Source of the DNA: a candidate division TA06 bacterium
GTDB lineage: Bacteria; Edwardsbacteria; AC1; EtOH8
DNA length: 64,000 nt
Reading direction: 5' to 3'
Assembly: GCA_016235665.1 (NCBI GenBank)
Contig: JACRJI010000014.1
Coordinates: 147,544-211,543 of the forward strand
Within the stretch, counting starts at the first letter, position 1. Every line of letters begins with the position of its first letter. A program made the translations under genes and the position numbers. This document shows, piece by piece, positions 35,218 through 45,471 of the stretch. A model generated the notes under the pieces. That model was not told the DNA's origin. It did no database searches and saw nothing but the letters and a program-made list of their open reading frames with translations.

Positions 35218-38200
35218 ATGAACAATCATATCAATTTAAATAATAGACATATATATATTCTGATCTTAGTCGGTTTATTAAATTTGCTCTTGCCTTTAAC
35301 AGCTTTTGGCTGGGGGACATATAGTGTTACAGGTTGCGGGAATGTAATTCTATCACCTGGTGATGTTTACCAAGGTGGATCAACTGCTTATGCTAATTCA
35401 TATGAAAGCGATCTGCAAGATTGGTTGGGAGCTACATATGACGGCAGATATTCTTTTGTTGAGCAAACGCCCTATGTCCAGGATTATTTAGGTAATAAAT
35501 TACATTTCAGGAAAGGTGCTTCCGATTCAACAATGGTAGCCTCCAACAATGGCACAGCATACTGTGCTTTTACTGTTTCCCTTGATCCAGACTATTCTGG
35601 CGAAGACGTATCTGTATATCTGTATTTAATGCGGGCTACAACACAAATAGTTTCTGTTGCGAGGTTCTTTATAAAAGGGAAAAAACATCCAAAATGTGAC
35701 ATGGTAGGAAATCCAGTATCTGCCTATTATGGTAACAAACAAATAAATGAGATTGATATCAGCAAAAATGATTTAATGTTAAATCGGCAATATGGACGCA
35801 GAATAATATCTATAACCGATACCGGTAAACCTTGGAACAGACCTTTTGCTGCAACCAATTGGAACCATAATTGGAATAAATACATTTATAAGGCAACAAG
35901 TAATGACACAATAATTTTAATGAATGGTACAGAGGGTGCGAGCAAATTCATTCGGGTTGCCGGGAGCACGAATTATAAATCCGAACGGCAGGGTATGGGC
36001 TACTTAGACAGCATACCCGGTGGCGGGTGGAACTTGAATATATCTGATGGTAGTCGTTACCGGTTTAATATATATGGCAGTTTGGACAGCCTTTTATTAA
36101 AGAATGGTAATTATTATAGGCTTTGGCATACTGCAGATAGCACATATCTGGACAGTATAACAAACATGACGAATGATAGACTGAAATTCCGGTATAATAT
36201 TGCCAATAGATTGGCAAGAGTGTTTTATGATTCGACCCAGAATTTCATTGAGTATAGATATGACAGTACCATTACTGGTTGGTCAATTAGTCAAGTATTG
36301 ATGCATTATAGTCCAAGTGATTCTGTGAAAGTAATCAGCAGGTATTACTATGATGGGTATGTTCCAAATTATGTGGGAGCCGGTAACATATCTGTATATC
36401 AAAAAGGGTATAATTATTCAGATACTATTTATACTAACAATCGTAACAAAGGTGATCGTACAATCTGTTGGTATGATTCAACCTATAGGGGACGCGTTTC
36501 ATACCAGGAGGTAGTACATGGTGACAACGACACCGGCCATGTGGATGACGAAGTGACATACAGGGCATACTTCAAATATTATTTTGGTACTGGCACGACC
36601 GGTTACGACAGCACTAAGGTATACTATTGGGAAGACCAACCATTTACCGGAGCCCATGATCCGGCGGATACCTCTTTCAAACCCAAGGATAGCCTTTCAG
36701 CCTGGACCGATAACGAAAAGTATTTTATCCGAACGCTGATTTTCAACAAGGACGGCACCAAATACAAGGATATGACCTATAGTCCCATTACCGGGATTAC
36801 TGTTACTACAAAAGATACGCTTTATGACAAAGATTACAATCCCGGCTTGGTTATAGGCTCCAACAATGACAGCACTAAATATTATTATTCACACTACCAT
36901 AACCCCGGCGATACCACCACTCGCTACTGGCCCAGCCCCACCAAGATAAAATACCCCAACGGCGACTCCGTTCTCACCTACTTCTCGGCCAAGGGCGACA
37001 GCAACTACCGCCTGCCGGATTCCACCATTGACGAGGCGGGCAAAAGGACCTGCCACTATTACGATGCTTCCAACAATTACGTGGACACGGCCACGGTTTA
37101 CAAAAACAGGGTACTGGCCGACGGCGAGGGCAGCAGCCACGATGTCAGTCAAAGATACCACTATAATAGTAAGGGCAACCTGACCGAAACCCTGGATCTC
37201 CTGGGTCACAAGACCATAATGCATTACACCGATTCCGACACCGGGCAATACCTGATTGAACAAAGAATAGACATGGGGACTGCCGGGGAAGGGAACGAGG
37301 ACATCGTCACCCAATACGGCTACAATCTTACCCAGGGGACTATGGACACCATGACGTTCTACCGGGATTATCCCAACGACCCCAGCCGGACGTTCTATAC
37401 TTATGACGTCAACAAGCGGTTGGTTAAGACTGTATATCCTGATACTTCAGTTGATTCCATGACCTATGACCTGCGGGGCAATCTGCTGGAAAAGATAACC
37501 CAAAAGTCGTACACTCTGCTTTACAAGGCCATATACGAGTATGACCCGCACGATCATCTAACCAAGCTTAAGGAATACAAGGATCCTCAGAACTCGCCGA
37601 ACGATTACGATTCCACCGTGTATACTTACAACCTGCACGACAGGTTGATCTCCCAAACCAACGCCTTGGGGCAGACCACATATTATAACTACTGCATGGA
37701 CCGGTTAGTGAAAACCACCTACCCCGATGATACCTACGACAGCCTGGGTTATTGGGCCGGGGGCGATCTTAAGTTCAAATTAGACCGCAAAGGGCAGGTG
37801 ACGTATTACCAGTACGATGGCTATAACGGCGGTTGCGGGTGCATGTCTTCCAGCCGTTCCAGATTGGCTAAGAAGTATTATTATGATAGCTTGGACCAAT
37901 ACCAAAACGGTTTTGCCTATCCTTCGGATTCCGTGATCTACGATTACGACCAGGTTGGCAACCGCACAAAAATGGTTGACAAAAACGGGACTACGATGTA
38001 TTCTTATGACGATATGAACCGGCTGTGGAGCGACTCCTGCGGCTACCTGAACACCAAGAACCGGTACCAGTATGATATGGCTGGCAACCGGACGAAACTG
38101 AATGTTTACCAGGGCAATGATACCACCGTCTGCTACCTGGATCAAAACTACGACAATTACGATGCGGCCAATAGGGTGGGCCTGACAATTGCCTCGGGCG

Positions 38201-39603
38201 ACACTTTTGATCTTAGTTACTGGGACACCGGCACGCCCAAGGAGGTGCAATACCCCAACGGGGCCAAAGAGGTTTACGGGCTAAATGTTCGTGGACAGCT
38301 TGACTCCATAGCCACCACGTTAGGCGATACCTTGACCTGGTTCAAACACAGCTACGGGTACAACGGCCTGGGGGACAGGGAATGGCAATACATTTACCAA
38401 ACCCGGCCGGAGGTGTCCACATTATCCGATACCTTTAAATATGGCTACGACGGATTGCGGCGGCTGACTACTGCCATATACCCGCCCAGCACCAACAGCG
38501 GTGATACTGTAACCTACGTTTACGACGCTGTGGGAAATAGGCTGGAGAAACAGAGCATGGTCAATGGAACCACTACTTATACCATTGACAACTTGACCAA
38601 CCGTATGGCCCAGGCAAATAACATTTATTTTACTTATGACAGCAGCGGCAACTGGACCCGTAAGGCGCACGATACCGACGAAGGATTAGTGACGGACATC
38701 ATTTTCACGTATGATCATGAGAACCGGCTGGTAGACGCCCGTGGCCCCGGCTATAATCCATACTATATGACCACGTATTACAATGGCGATGGTGTTAGAT
38801 TAGCCAAGAGCACCAATGCTGACGCCGAAAAGCGGTATGCGTATGACGGCATGAACACGGTAGTGGAGCAGGATGCCAGCGGTTACTTAAGGTACAAGTA
38901 TGTTTATGTCAACGGAATGCTGTTGTCCCGCATTGACGGTAGTGATAATAAGTATTATTACCACAGAGACGGGTTGGGTTCAATAATTGGCGTAAGTAAT
39001 AGCACACCTGAAATTACCACTGCGCAATTGTTTGATGAGTTTGGCAATTGGCTGTACTTTGACAGTGATTGGGACTATTATGGCTATACGGGCCAGGAGT
39101 ACGACTGGACGCTGATGGATGCGGTGAACCTAAGGGCCAGGGAGTATTACCCGGAATATGGCAGGTTCATGCAGGAGGATCCGATAGGGGACCAAGGGGG
39201 ATTAAATTGGTATGGTTATACCGGGAACAATCCGGTAAATTACATTGATCCGAAGGGATTAGAAGGTTCATATGGTGGATGGATGTTAATTTGGCCACCT
39301 ACTTTAAGGTATGGCATTGGCGGTGGTATTATGTATTACTATTATCAGCAAATGATTAAAATGAATTGGAAAGGAGCTGATGCATATTTTCATTGTCTCG
39401 GATCTTGTGAAGCAGCTAAATGGGCAGGACCCTATACAAGCTTATACTGGGGTGTTTTCAGAGAACTAACCGATGAAATACGTGGAAAAGGTTGGTCTGG
39501 TGAAGATATTAAAAGTAATATACAAGGTATCAATTGTCCATTAAGCCAGACATGTAAGGAAAAATGTAAACCGCTGGTACCTAAAGGCATGCCACTAGAT
39601 TAA
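35218..39603 (+). CDS. RHS/YD-repeat polymorphic toxin, 1461 aa, with C-terminal toxin tip after DPxGL
   Basis: signal peptide; dozens of YD repeats (YDxxGN/R); RHS core end EDPIGDQGGLNWYGYTGNNPVNYIDPKGL followed by ~115-aa AT-rich Cys-containing tip. Confidence 0.9.
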   Translation: MNNHINLNNRHIYILILVGLLNLLLPLTAFGWGTYSVTGCGNVILSPGDVYQGGSTAYANSYESDLQDWLGATYDGRYSFVEQTPYVQDYLGNKLHFRKGASDSTMVASNNGTAYCAFTVSLDPDYSGEDVSVYLYLMRATTQIVSVARFFIKGKKHPKCDMVGNPVSAYYGNKQINEIDISKNDLMLNRQYGRRIISITDTGKPWNRPFAATNWNHNWNKYIYKATSNDTIILMNGTEGASKFIRVAGSTNYKSERQGMGYLDSIPGGGWNLNISDGSRYRFNIYGSLDSLLLKNGNYYRLWHTADSTYLDSITNMTNDRLKFRYNIANRLARVFYDSTQNFIEYRYDSTITGWSISQVLMHYSPSDSVKVISRYYYDGYVPNYVGAGNISVYQKGYNYSDTIYTNNRNKGDRTICWYDSTYRGRVSYQEVVHGDNDTGHVDDEVTYRAYFKYYFGTGTTGYDSTKVYYWEDQPFTGAHDPADTSFKPKDSLSAWTDNEKYFIRTLIFNKDGTKYKDMTYSPITGITVTTKDTLYDKDYNPGLVIGSNNDSTKYYYSHYHNPGDTTTRYWPSPTKIKYPNGDSVLTYFSAKGDSNYRLPDSTIDEAGKRTCHYYDASNNYVDTATVYKNRVLADGEGSSHDVSQRYHYNSKGNLTETLDLLGHKTIMHYTDSDTGQYLIEQRIDMGTAGEGNEDIVTQYGYNLTQGTMDTMTFYRDYPNDPSRTFYTYDVNKRLVKTVYPDTSVDSMTYDLRGNLLEKITQKSYTLLYKAIYEYDPHDHLTKLKEYKDPQNSPNDYDSTVYTYNLHDRLISQTNALGQTTYYNYCMDRLVKTTYPDDTYDSLGYWAGGDLKFKLDRKGQVTYYQYDGYNGGCGCMSSSRSRLAKKYYYDSLDQYQNGFAYPSDSVIYDYDQVGNRTKMVDKNGTTMYSYDDMNRLWSDSCGYLNTKNRYQYDMAGNRTKLNVYQGNDTTVCYLDQNYDNYDAANRVGLTIASGDTFDLSYWDTGTPKEVQYPNGAKEVYGLNVRGQLDSIATTLGDTLTWFKHSYGYNGLGDREWQYIYQTRPEVSTLSDTFKYGYDGLRRLTTAIYPPSTNSGDTVTYVYDAVGNRLEKQSMVNGTTTYTIDNLTNRMAQANNIYFTYDSSGNWTRKAHDTDEGLVTDIIFTYDHENRLVDARGPGYNPYYMTTYYNGDGVRLAKSTNADAEKRYAYDGMNTVVEQDASGYLRYKYVYVNGMLLSRIDGSDNKYYYHRDGLGSIIGVSNSTPEITTAQLFDEFGNWLYFDSDWDYYGYTGQEYDWTLMDAVNLRAREYYPEYGRFMQEDPIGDQGGLNWYGYTGNNPVNYIDPKGLEGSYGGWMLIWPPTLRYGIGGGIMYYYYQQMIKMNWKGADAYFHCLGSCEAAKWAGPYTSLYWGVFRELTDEIRGKGWSGEDIKSNIQGINCPLSQTCKEKCKPLVPKGMPLD

Positions 39604-39615
39604 GAAAGGTTTAAA

Positions 39616-40047
39616 ATGAAGATATTAAAAATTACATTTTTAACGGTTGTTTTAACGATCACCGCTTTCATCATCATTAGGCAACCTTGGCAAAAAAATG
39701 TAATGGTTTTATCTCAACCATTACTTCAAAACAATCAAACAATTGAATTATGGGAAAAACCATATCATAATATCTTTAGCATGGAGTATACAACATGGTT
39801 TGTATTTAATAATAACGGAAATAGGACTTGGCATTTGATTGATGACAAATATATTTCCTTTGGCACAGTTTCGTTATTCGTATCAAACAACAACGATACA
39901 ATTAGAGTTGAAACAACTGGAGCAGCTACACCTCTTCATTTAATTGCACAGTATAGTTTATCTGATAAAAATTTTGTTGCAAGAAGTGAAGAAACTGTTA
40001 GTAATAAAGCAGGATGGAAATTGCTTAGATCATTAAAAATAAGATAA
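39616..40047 (+). CDS. putative cognate immunity protein (TM/secreted, 143 aa)
   Basis: immediately downstream of toxin tip; AT-rich like the tip; followed by hairpin CTGCCCCGCC-TAAT-GGCGGGGCAG. Confidence 0.5.
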   Translation: MKILKITFLTVVLTITAFIIIRQPWQKNVMVLSQPLLQNNQTIELWEKPYHNIFSMEYTTWFVFNNNGNRTWHLIDDKYISFGTVSLFVSNNNDTIRVETTGAATPLHLIAQYSLSDKNFVARSEETVSNKAGWKLLRSLKIR

Positions 40048-40100
40048 ATAGATGTCTCAACTGCCCCGCCTAATGGCGGGGCAGTGATGGTACTGCTGAA

Positions 40101-41366
40101 AAACCCTACAACGACCTGGGCGACCGCACCAGTCAGTATGTGTACATGACCAGACCCGGCACCACCGCGCTCTCCGGCACGATAAATTACACCTACGATG
40201 GCTTGCGGCGGCTTACTACTGCCATATATCCGCCCAGCACCAACAGCGGGGATACTATAACCTACACCTACGATGCCATGAGCAACCGGACGGCTAAAAC
40301 AAGCGTAAACAACGGAACCACGCCGTATGCCGTTGACGACACTACCAACCGGATGTCCCAGGCTGGGAATTACTATTTTGACTATGACAGCTGCGGAAAC
40401 TGGACCCGCAAGTGGCATACAACAGACGAAGGTTCGGTAGTTGATATTTATTTTAGTTACGACTACGAGAACCGTCTGACGGACGCCCGGGGGCCTGGAG
40501 GCGATCCGTATTACATGACGAACACGTATAACGGAGACGGAGTTAGACTATCTAAGGCCACCAACGCCGACCTCGAGAAGCGTTATGTGTATGACGGCAT
40601 GAACACCGTGGTGGAGCAGGATGCCAGTGGTTACTTAAGGTACAAATATGTTTACGTGAACGGAATGCTGTTATCGCGTATAGATGCCAGCGATAATAAG
40701 AGCTACTACCACCATGATGGTTTGGGGTCAATTATTGGCGTAAGCAACAGCGCACCGGAAATACTCACAGCTCAATTGTTTGATGAGTTCGGCAACTGGC
40801 TGTATTTTGATAGTGATTGGGATTATTACGGCTACACGGGCCAGGAGTATGATTGGACGCTGATGGATGCGGTGAACCTTAGGGCAAGAGAATACTATCC
40901 TGAGTACGGCAGGTTTATGCAGGAGGACCCGATAGGCAATAGGGGCGGGAGCTTGAATTGGTATTTGTATGTGGCAAATAATCCGATTAATGCTGTTGAT
41001 TTACATGGCTTATATATTATTGACAACAGTTATGATAAGTATTTGAGACAGAAGTTATTGACGACGCAGGGTATAGCATTAATGAGGGCAACAATAACTG
41101 CTAATCCTTGTTGTGTCGGTGGACAAAATAATGTAGATAAAATATTGGCTGCATTACATAATAGTATTTTTATATACAATGATGTTGAATCAACATATCG
41201 GGCTTCATGTCAATATAATAATATCACTTTCACAAGAGAAACATTTGACTCTAGGTCTGGTATTGTTGCTTCATCGGTATTGCACGAACTTACCCATATG
41301 GCGTTTCGTGTTTCATCGGAATATTTACCCAAGAAATATGAAGCAGATTGTTTCGGGTATAAATAA
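40101..41366 (+). CDS. orphan RHS C-terminal cassette (no canonical start) ending in a different toxin tip with HELTH motif
   Basis: in-frame homology to parent gene begins right after the 40058-40082 hairpin (YNDLGDR..YTYDGLRRLTTAIYPPSTNSGDT); DPIGNRGGSLNWYLYVANNPINAVDLHGL then novel tip with HELTHM. Confidence 0.7.
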   Translation, partial: KPYNDLGDRTSQYVYMTRPGTTALSGTINYTYDGLRRLTTAIYPPSTNSGDTITYTYDAMSNRTAKTSVNNGTTPYAVDDTTNRMSQAGNYYFDYDSCGNWTRKWHTTDEGSVVDIYFSYDYENRLTDARGPGGDPYYMTNTYNGDGVRLSKATNADLEKRYVYDGMNTVVEQDASGYLRYKYVYVNGMLLSRIDASDNKSYYHHDGLGSIIGVSNSAPEILTAQLFDEFGNWLYFDSDWDYYGYTGQEYDWTLMDAVNLRAREYYPEYGRFMQEDPIGNRGGSLNWYLYVANNPINAVDLHGLYIIDNSYDKYLRQKLLTTQGIALMRATITANPCCVGGQNNVDKILAALHNSIFIYNDVESTYRASCQYNNITFTRETFDSRSGIVASSVLHELTHMAFRVSSEYLPKKYEADCFGYK

Positions 41367-41386
41367 TTAATTGAAAGGGAAAGAAA

Positions 41387-41890
41387 ATGCATAAAAATAT
41401 TCTAATAGCGATAGTGGCAATATTGTTATCTTGCACAAAATATGGTATATCAAGTAATGATAAAAATATTATTTACGGTTTAGTTATAAGTGATCAAAAA
41501 AGTATTCATGCACAAGAGATGCCTACGTTTAATATAAAAAAAATATATGTTAATATTCTCGGCTGTGACCCAAACAATGAATTGGTTGAATATTTAAAGC
41601 AAAATAATGCGATTGATATAGTGCCTGCATCGAAGAGCATTAATGTTTACCACGACCCAGTGAAGTTTGATTATTATAAAAACCCAATTTCAGTGAGGAG
41701 TAAAAGCAATAACGAAAATGGCATTATATTTGAGATAAAAAGTATTAAAAAGGAACCTAAAACAGGGATAATAACTGTTAACTTATTCTATTATGCGGGG
41801 CCTTTATTCGCGGGTAATTATGAGTATTTAATAGATAAAAACGATAAAGAATGGTATATTGTAAAAAGAAGCATTGGCGAAATATCATAA
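41387..41890 (+). CDS. putative immunity lipoprotein for orphan cassette 1
   Basis: signal/lipobox-like N-terminus; AT-rich; followed by perfect palindrome CCAGACCCGCCCTTAAGGGGCGGGTCTGG. Confidence 0.45.
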   Translation: MHKNILIAIVAILLSCTKYGISSNDKNIIYGLVISDQKSIHAQEMPTFNIKKIYVNILGCDPNNELVEYLKQNNAIDIVPASKSINVYHDPVKFDYYKNPISVRSKSNNENGIIFEIKSIKKEPKTGIITVNLFYYAGPLFAGNYEYLIDKNDKEWYIVKRSIGEIS

Positions 41891-41938
41891 TGATGTGAAC
41901 CAGACCCGCCCTTAAGGGGCGGGTCTGGTTCTTACAGC

Positions 41939-42739
41939 TGGGACGGGGTAAGATTATCCAAGGCCACAAATGCTGACGCCGAAAAGCGGTATGCGTATGA
42001 CGGCATGAACACGGTGGTGGAGCAGGATGCCAGCGGTTACTTGAGATACAAATATGTTTATGTGAACGGAATGCTCTTGTCCCGCATTGATGGTAGTGAT
42101 AATAAGTATTATTACCACAGAGACGGGTTGGGTTCAATAATTGGCGTAAGTAATGGCACACCTGAAATTACCACTGCTCAACTGTTTGATGAGTTTGGCA
42201 ACTGGCTGTATTTTGACAGTGATTGGGACTATTACGGCTACACCGGCCAGGAGTACGACTGGCCGTTGATGGATGCGGTGAACCTTAGGGCAAGAGAGTA
42301 TTACCCGGAGTATGGAAGGTTCATGCAGGAGGACCCGATAGGAAATGCAGGTGGTTCACTTAACTGGTATTTGTATGTGGCAAATAATCCGATTAACTGG
42401 ACGGACCCCACTGGGAAGATCGTGTACAAATGTGTCAGTGGTGCACATGTCTACATTAAAATATCTGGCAATAAATATAATAATGCATGGGGTTTCTATC
42501 CAGTTGGTGCACCTTTGTCGGGCATAGCTTCTGGTTTGTTAAACGAATGGGTGCCAAGCTATGTTAAGGTATTTGAAACAGGAGGCAACTGCAAAGCTGT
42601 GACCTCAGATGATTGTAACGATCAAGCAGTTTACAACGCAATTCACACTTTAGCAAGAGCTCAATTACCATATCATTTGATTTATTTTAACTGCATTCAT
42701 TGGACAGATACCGCCTTAAGTATAGGTGGCGTTAAATAA
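41939..42739 (+). CDS. orphan RHS C-terminal cassette 2 (no canonical start) with third distinct toxin tip
   Basis: DGVRLSKATNADAEKRYAYDGMNTVVEQ... in-frame homology to parent residues; EDPIGNAGGSLNWYLYVANNPINWTDPTGK then novel tip. Confidence 0.7.
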   Translation, partial: WDGVRLSKATNADAEKRYAYDGMNTVVEQDASGYLRYKYVYVNGMLLSRIDGSDNKYYYHRDGLGSIIGVSNGTPEITTAQLFDEFGNWLYFDSDWDYYGYTGQEYDWPLMDAVNLRAREYYPEYGRFMQEDPIGNAGGSLNWYLYVANNPINWTDPTGKIVYKCVSGAHVYIKISGNKYNNAWGFYPVGAPLSGIASGLLNEWVPSYVKVFETGGNCKAVTSDDCNDQAVYNAIHTLARAQLPYHLIYFNCIHWTDTALSIGGVK

Positions 42740-42747
42740 AAAGGAGA

Positions 42748-43173
42748 ATGAAAATGTTGATCAACCTTAAAGCACTATCTCTTGTCGAAAAAATAGTTGG
42801 TGCTATTGCTATTATTGTTAGCGGCTATTATATCCTTCATGGGTCCTCTGCTTGGATTCTTTTACATTTGACCTCTAACATACAAGGATTTTTCCCCAAA
42901 ATGACATTCGTGGTAGAGACTATCGTCAATTTTTATTTAATACCACTTTTAATTTTAGTTACTGGTCTTTTTTATGTGAATGGGAAAATTAATATATTAG
43001 CTATGTGGATTTCGATTATACTTTGTCTGTCAATCGTATTTATGATAGTTGTACAGCATGGCAATATCAAACCATATTTGCTTATGCTTGTAATTAATGG
43101 TTTGTTCTTAATTCTTTATATTGTTCATAAACAAGTAGAGTCAAAGAAAAAAGAATCTGCCTGTTGTGTATAA
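42748..43173 (+). CDS. putative immunity membrane protein for orphan cassette 2
   Basis: four hydrophobic helices; AT-rich; followed by hairpin AGCCCCGCC-GATT-GGCGGGGCT. Confidence 0.45.
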   Translation: MKMLINLKALSLVEKIVGAIAIIVSGYYILHGSSAWILLHLTSNIQGFFPKMTFVVETIVNFYLIPLLILVTGLFYVNGKINILAMWISIILCLSIVFMIVVQHGNIKPYLLMLVINGLFLILYIVHKQVESKKKESACCV

Positions 43174-43269
43174 TGCACAATAAGATTTTCCACGACGAAG
43201 CCCCGCCGATTGGCGGGGCTTTTACGTTTGGTGGTATTTAGGCCCGGCTGTTCTTGTCCGCCGTAGTTT

Positions 43270-43542
43270 TCACGTAGGTGGAAGCCGGGCTGTTCTTTTT
43301 ACGAGAGCGTCCAGGTAGTGCAGTAAAGCCTTTTTGTCGCCCTTGGGCAACTCTTCGGCCTTACGCAAGCGGCGCCAGAGCGCGGCCTGCTGGGGGTCTC
43401 TTTTATCTTTAACGGCCTTGATGCCCAGAAGCTCTTCAACAGAAACCTTGAGGGCCTTGGCCAGCGGCTCCAACAGGTGGGCCGGCGGATGTTTGGTTTC
43501 TATCTCGTAGTAGGCGATAACACCAAATATATTGCTTGACAC
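43270..43542 (-). CDS. HTH-domain fragment protein (GTG start)
   Basis: HLLEPLAKALKVSVEELLG resembles helix 3 onward of XRE-type HTH; N-terminal part of a typical HTH missing. Confidence 0.3.
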   Translation of the reverse strand: MSSNIFGVIAYYEIETKHPPAHLLEPLAKALKVSVEELLGIKAVKDKRDPQQAALWRRLRKAEELPKGDKKALLHYLDALVKRTARLPPT

Positions 43543-43690
43543 TGAAATATTGAAATGCTAAACTAATAAGCAGTTAAAAAACAATGCTGGAAATAGTAAT
43601 TCTGGATCAGAGTACACTGAACCAACAACAGAAGTAAAAATGATCGACAAAAAAGAGATCCGGCGGTAGTACAAAGAGACCATCCAGCCC

Positions 43691-43996
43691 ATGGGGGTCT
43701 ACCAGATAACCAACCTGGCCAACGGCAAGATATTCCTGGAAAGCAGCAAGAACCTCAACGCCATATTCAACCGCAGCCTGTTCCAGCTCCGGGGCGGACT
43801 CCATGTGAGCGAGGGCCTGCAGAAGGATTTCAAGCAATACGGCGAATCAAATTTTGCCTTTGAGGTCGTGGACCGGCTGGAGCCTAAGGAAGGCCTGGGT
43901 TATGATTACAGCCGCGACCTGAAGGCCCTGGAGGAGATCTGGCTGGAGAAGCTTCAACCCTATGGCGACAAGGGTTACAATGACAAAAAAGCGTAA
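43691..43996 (+). CDS. small GIY-YIG nuclease-domain protein (YhbQ-like)
   Basis: GVYQITNLANGKIFLESSKNLNAIFNR...H matches GIY-(10-11)-YIG with conserved Arg. Confidence 0.6.
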   Translation: MGVYQITNLANGKIFLESSKNLNAIFNRSLFQLRGGLHVSEGLQKDFKQYGESNFAFEVVDRLEPKEGLGYDYSRDLKALEEIWLEKLQPYGDKGYNDKKA

Positions 43997-44013
43997 ACTT
44001 GGCCAAATGCCTG

Positions 44014-44396
44014 TCTAACTTGTTTAGGAAAAGTAGAAAGAATTTAGCAGGTTTGGTGATAACGCAGATATTAACTCAAAAATGTTCTTTTCTTTTTGTA
44101 TCGCCAACAAGAAAAGAACCAAAAGAAAAAGCTCGTCGCTTAAAACTCTCCGGGCCACGCTTACGCCCTGCCTACGTATAGCTTCGGCGGGCAAGCAGGG
44201 CTTCAGCGGGCCCGCGCTGCGCTTCTCGTTGCTGACGGGCTTGTCTGAACTCGGGCTTTGGCCCAGCCCTCAAACATGCAGACAAGCTTTTTCCGCCATC
44301 AACTGCGATGCTCACTGATCGTGATTCGATAAACTCATCACAAGTTTTTAACGCGACAACCGTGGTTGGGGCCGGTTGTCCTCTATGTTTCCTGAG
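44014..44396 (+). repeat. dispersed structured repeat, copy D
   Basis: TIRs CTTGTTTAGGAAA.../...TTTCCTGAG; carries extra insertion GGGCAAGCAGGGCTTCAGC. Confidence 0.8.
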
Positions 44397-44441
44397 ATGA
44401 TGGGGTAAGCATTCTTTACCAAAACGCAAACGAAGTACAAT

Positions 44442-45401
44442 ATGAAAAAAAGCATTCTTTTATCTTTGGCCCTGCTGTCACTGTTGGCTGTACCGGTATC
44501 AGCCGCCGCCCCGCCGGAGGGGCCGGATTCGGTCTACGTGGGGATGTATGTCAACCGGGTGTACGACGTCTCCCTGCGGGACAACAGATTCACGGCCGAC
44601 TTCTACCTGTGGTTCCGCTGGAAGAACCAGGACCTGGATCCCGTCAAGAGCTTCGAGATCGTGGGCGGCGAGAAGACCTTCCAGTCCGAGCCCTACCGGT
44701 CCAAGAACGGCGATGTCAACTACGCCTTCAGCCGGGTGACGGCGGTGATGACCCAGCACTGGGATGTCTCCGCCTTTCCCTTTGACGATCACGTCCTGAC
44801 CGTACAGATAGAGGACGGGGAGAGCGAGACCGGATCCCTGGTCTATGTCCTGGACGCCGGAAACCTGGGCAAGAGCCCGGATATTAAAATACCCGGCTGG
44901 GCTTTGGACAAGTTCTATTTCGGGGTGGTGCCCTATACCTATGCCACCAATTACGGAGATCCCACCCTGCCCCCGGAAAATCAATCAATATTTTCCAGAT
45001 TTTACTGCTCGGTCCGGGTGGTCAGGGCGGGAGTGGGATATTTCATAAAACTATTCATAGCGGTATTCCTTTCGGCCCTGATTGCCTTCATGAGCTTTTT
45101 CATATCCCCGACAGACCTGCAATCCCGCACCGGACTGGGGGTGGGCGCCATCTTTGCCGCGGTCGGCAGCCAATATGTCATCGCCTCGTCGCTGCCCGAC
45201 AGCAACATCATGACCATGGCCGACCAGTTGCACATTGCGGCTTTCCTCTTCATATTCTTGTCCATACTAGTGGCTGTCATTTCCCTGAACCTGTATAACC
45301 GAGGAAAAAAAGAGTCCTCGGCCAAACTGGACCGTTTTTGCCAGAAGGCCTTTCCCATTGCCTACGGCACCATCACTCTGCTGATAATTCTTTTCCGCTA
45401 A
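44442..45401 (+). CDS. prokaryotic pentameric ligand-gated ion channel (Cys-loop receptor family) homolog
   Basis: signal peptide; extracellular beta-sandwich pattern VYVGMYVNRVYDVSLRDNRFTADFYLWFRWKNQDL; four C-terminal TM helices; 319 aa, the size of prokaryotic members such as GLIC. Confidence 0.6.
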   Translation: MKKSILLSLALLSLLAVPVSAAAPPEGPDSVYVGMYVNRVYDVSLRDNRFTADFYLWFRWKNQDLDPVKSFEIVGGEKTFQSEPYRSKNGDVNYAFSRVTAVMTQHWDVSAFPFDDHVLTVQIEDGESETGSLVYVLDAGNLGKSPDIKIPGWALDKFYFGVVPYTYATNYGDPTLPPENQSIFSRFYCSVRVVRAGVGYFIKLFIAVFLSALIAFMSFFISPTDLQSRTGLGVGAIFAAVGSQYVIASSLPDSNIMTMADQLHIAAFLFIFLSILVAVISLNLYNRGKKESSAKLDRFCQKAFPIAYGTITLLIILFR

Positions 45402-45471
45402 GATCTGCCGCCGCCAGCCGGCCATTGAAATATGCGGTTTCCTGGGGTATAATGGTTCAAAAGAAAATGCC

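Noticed and set aside
36889-40418. Minus-strand ORFs inside the RHS gene and its orphan cassette (36889..37314, 37780..38250, 38422..38670, 39936..40418)
   Set aside because: Antisense to a gene with dozens of YD repeats; the antisense frames mirror the repeat structure.
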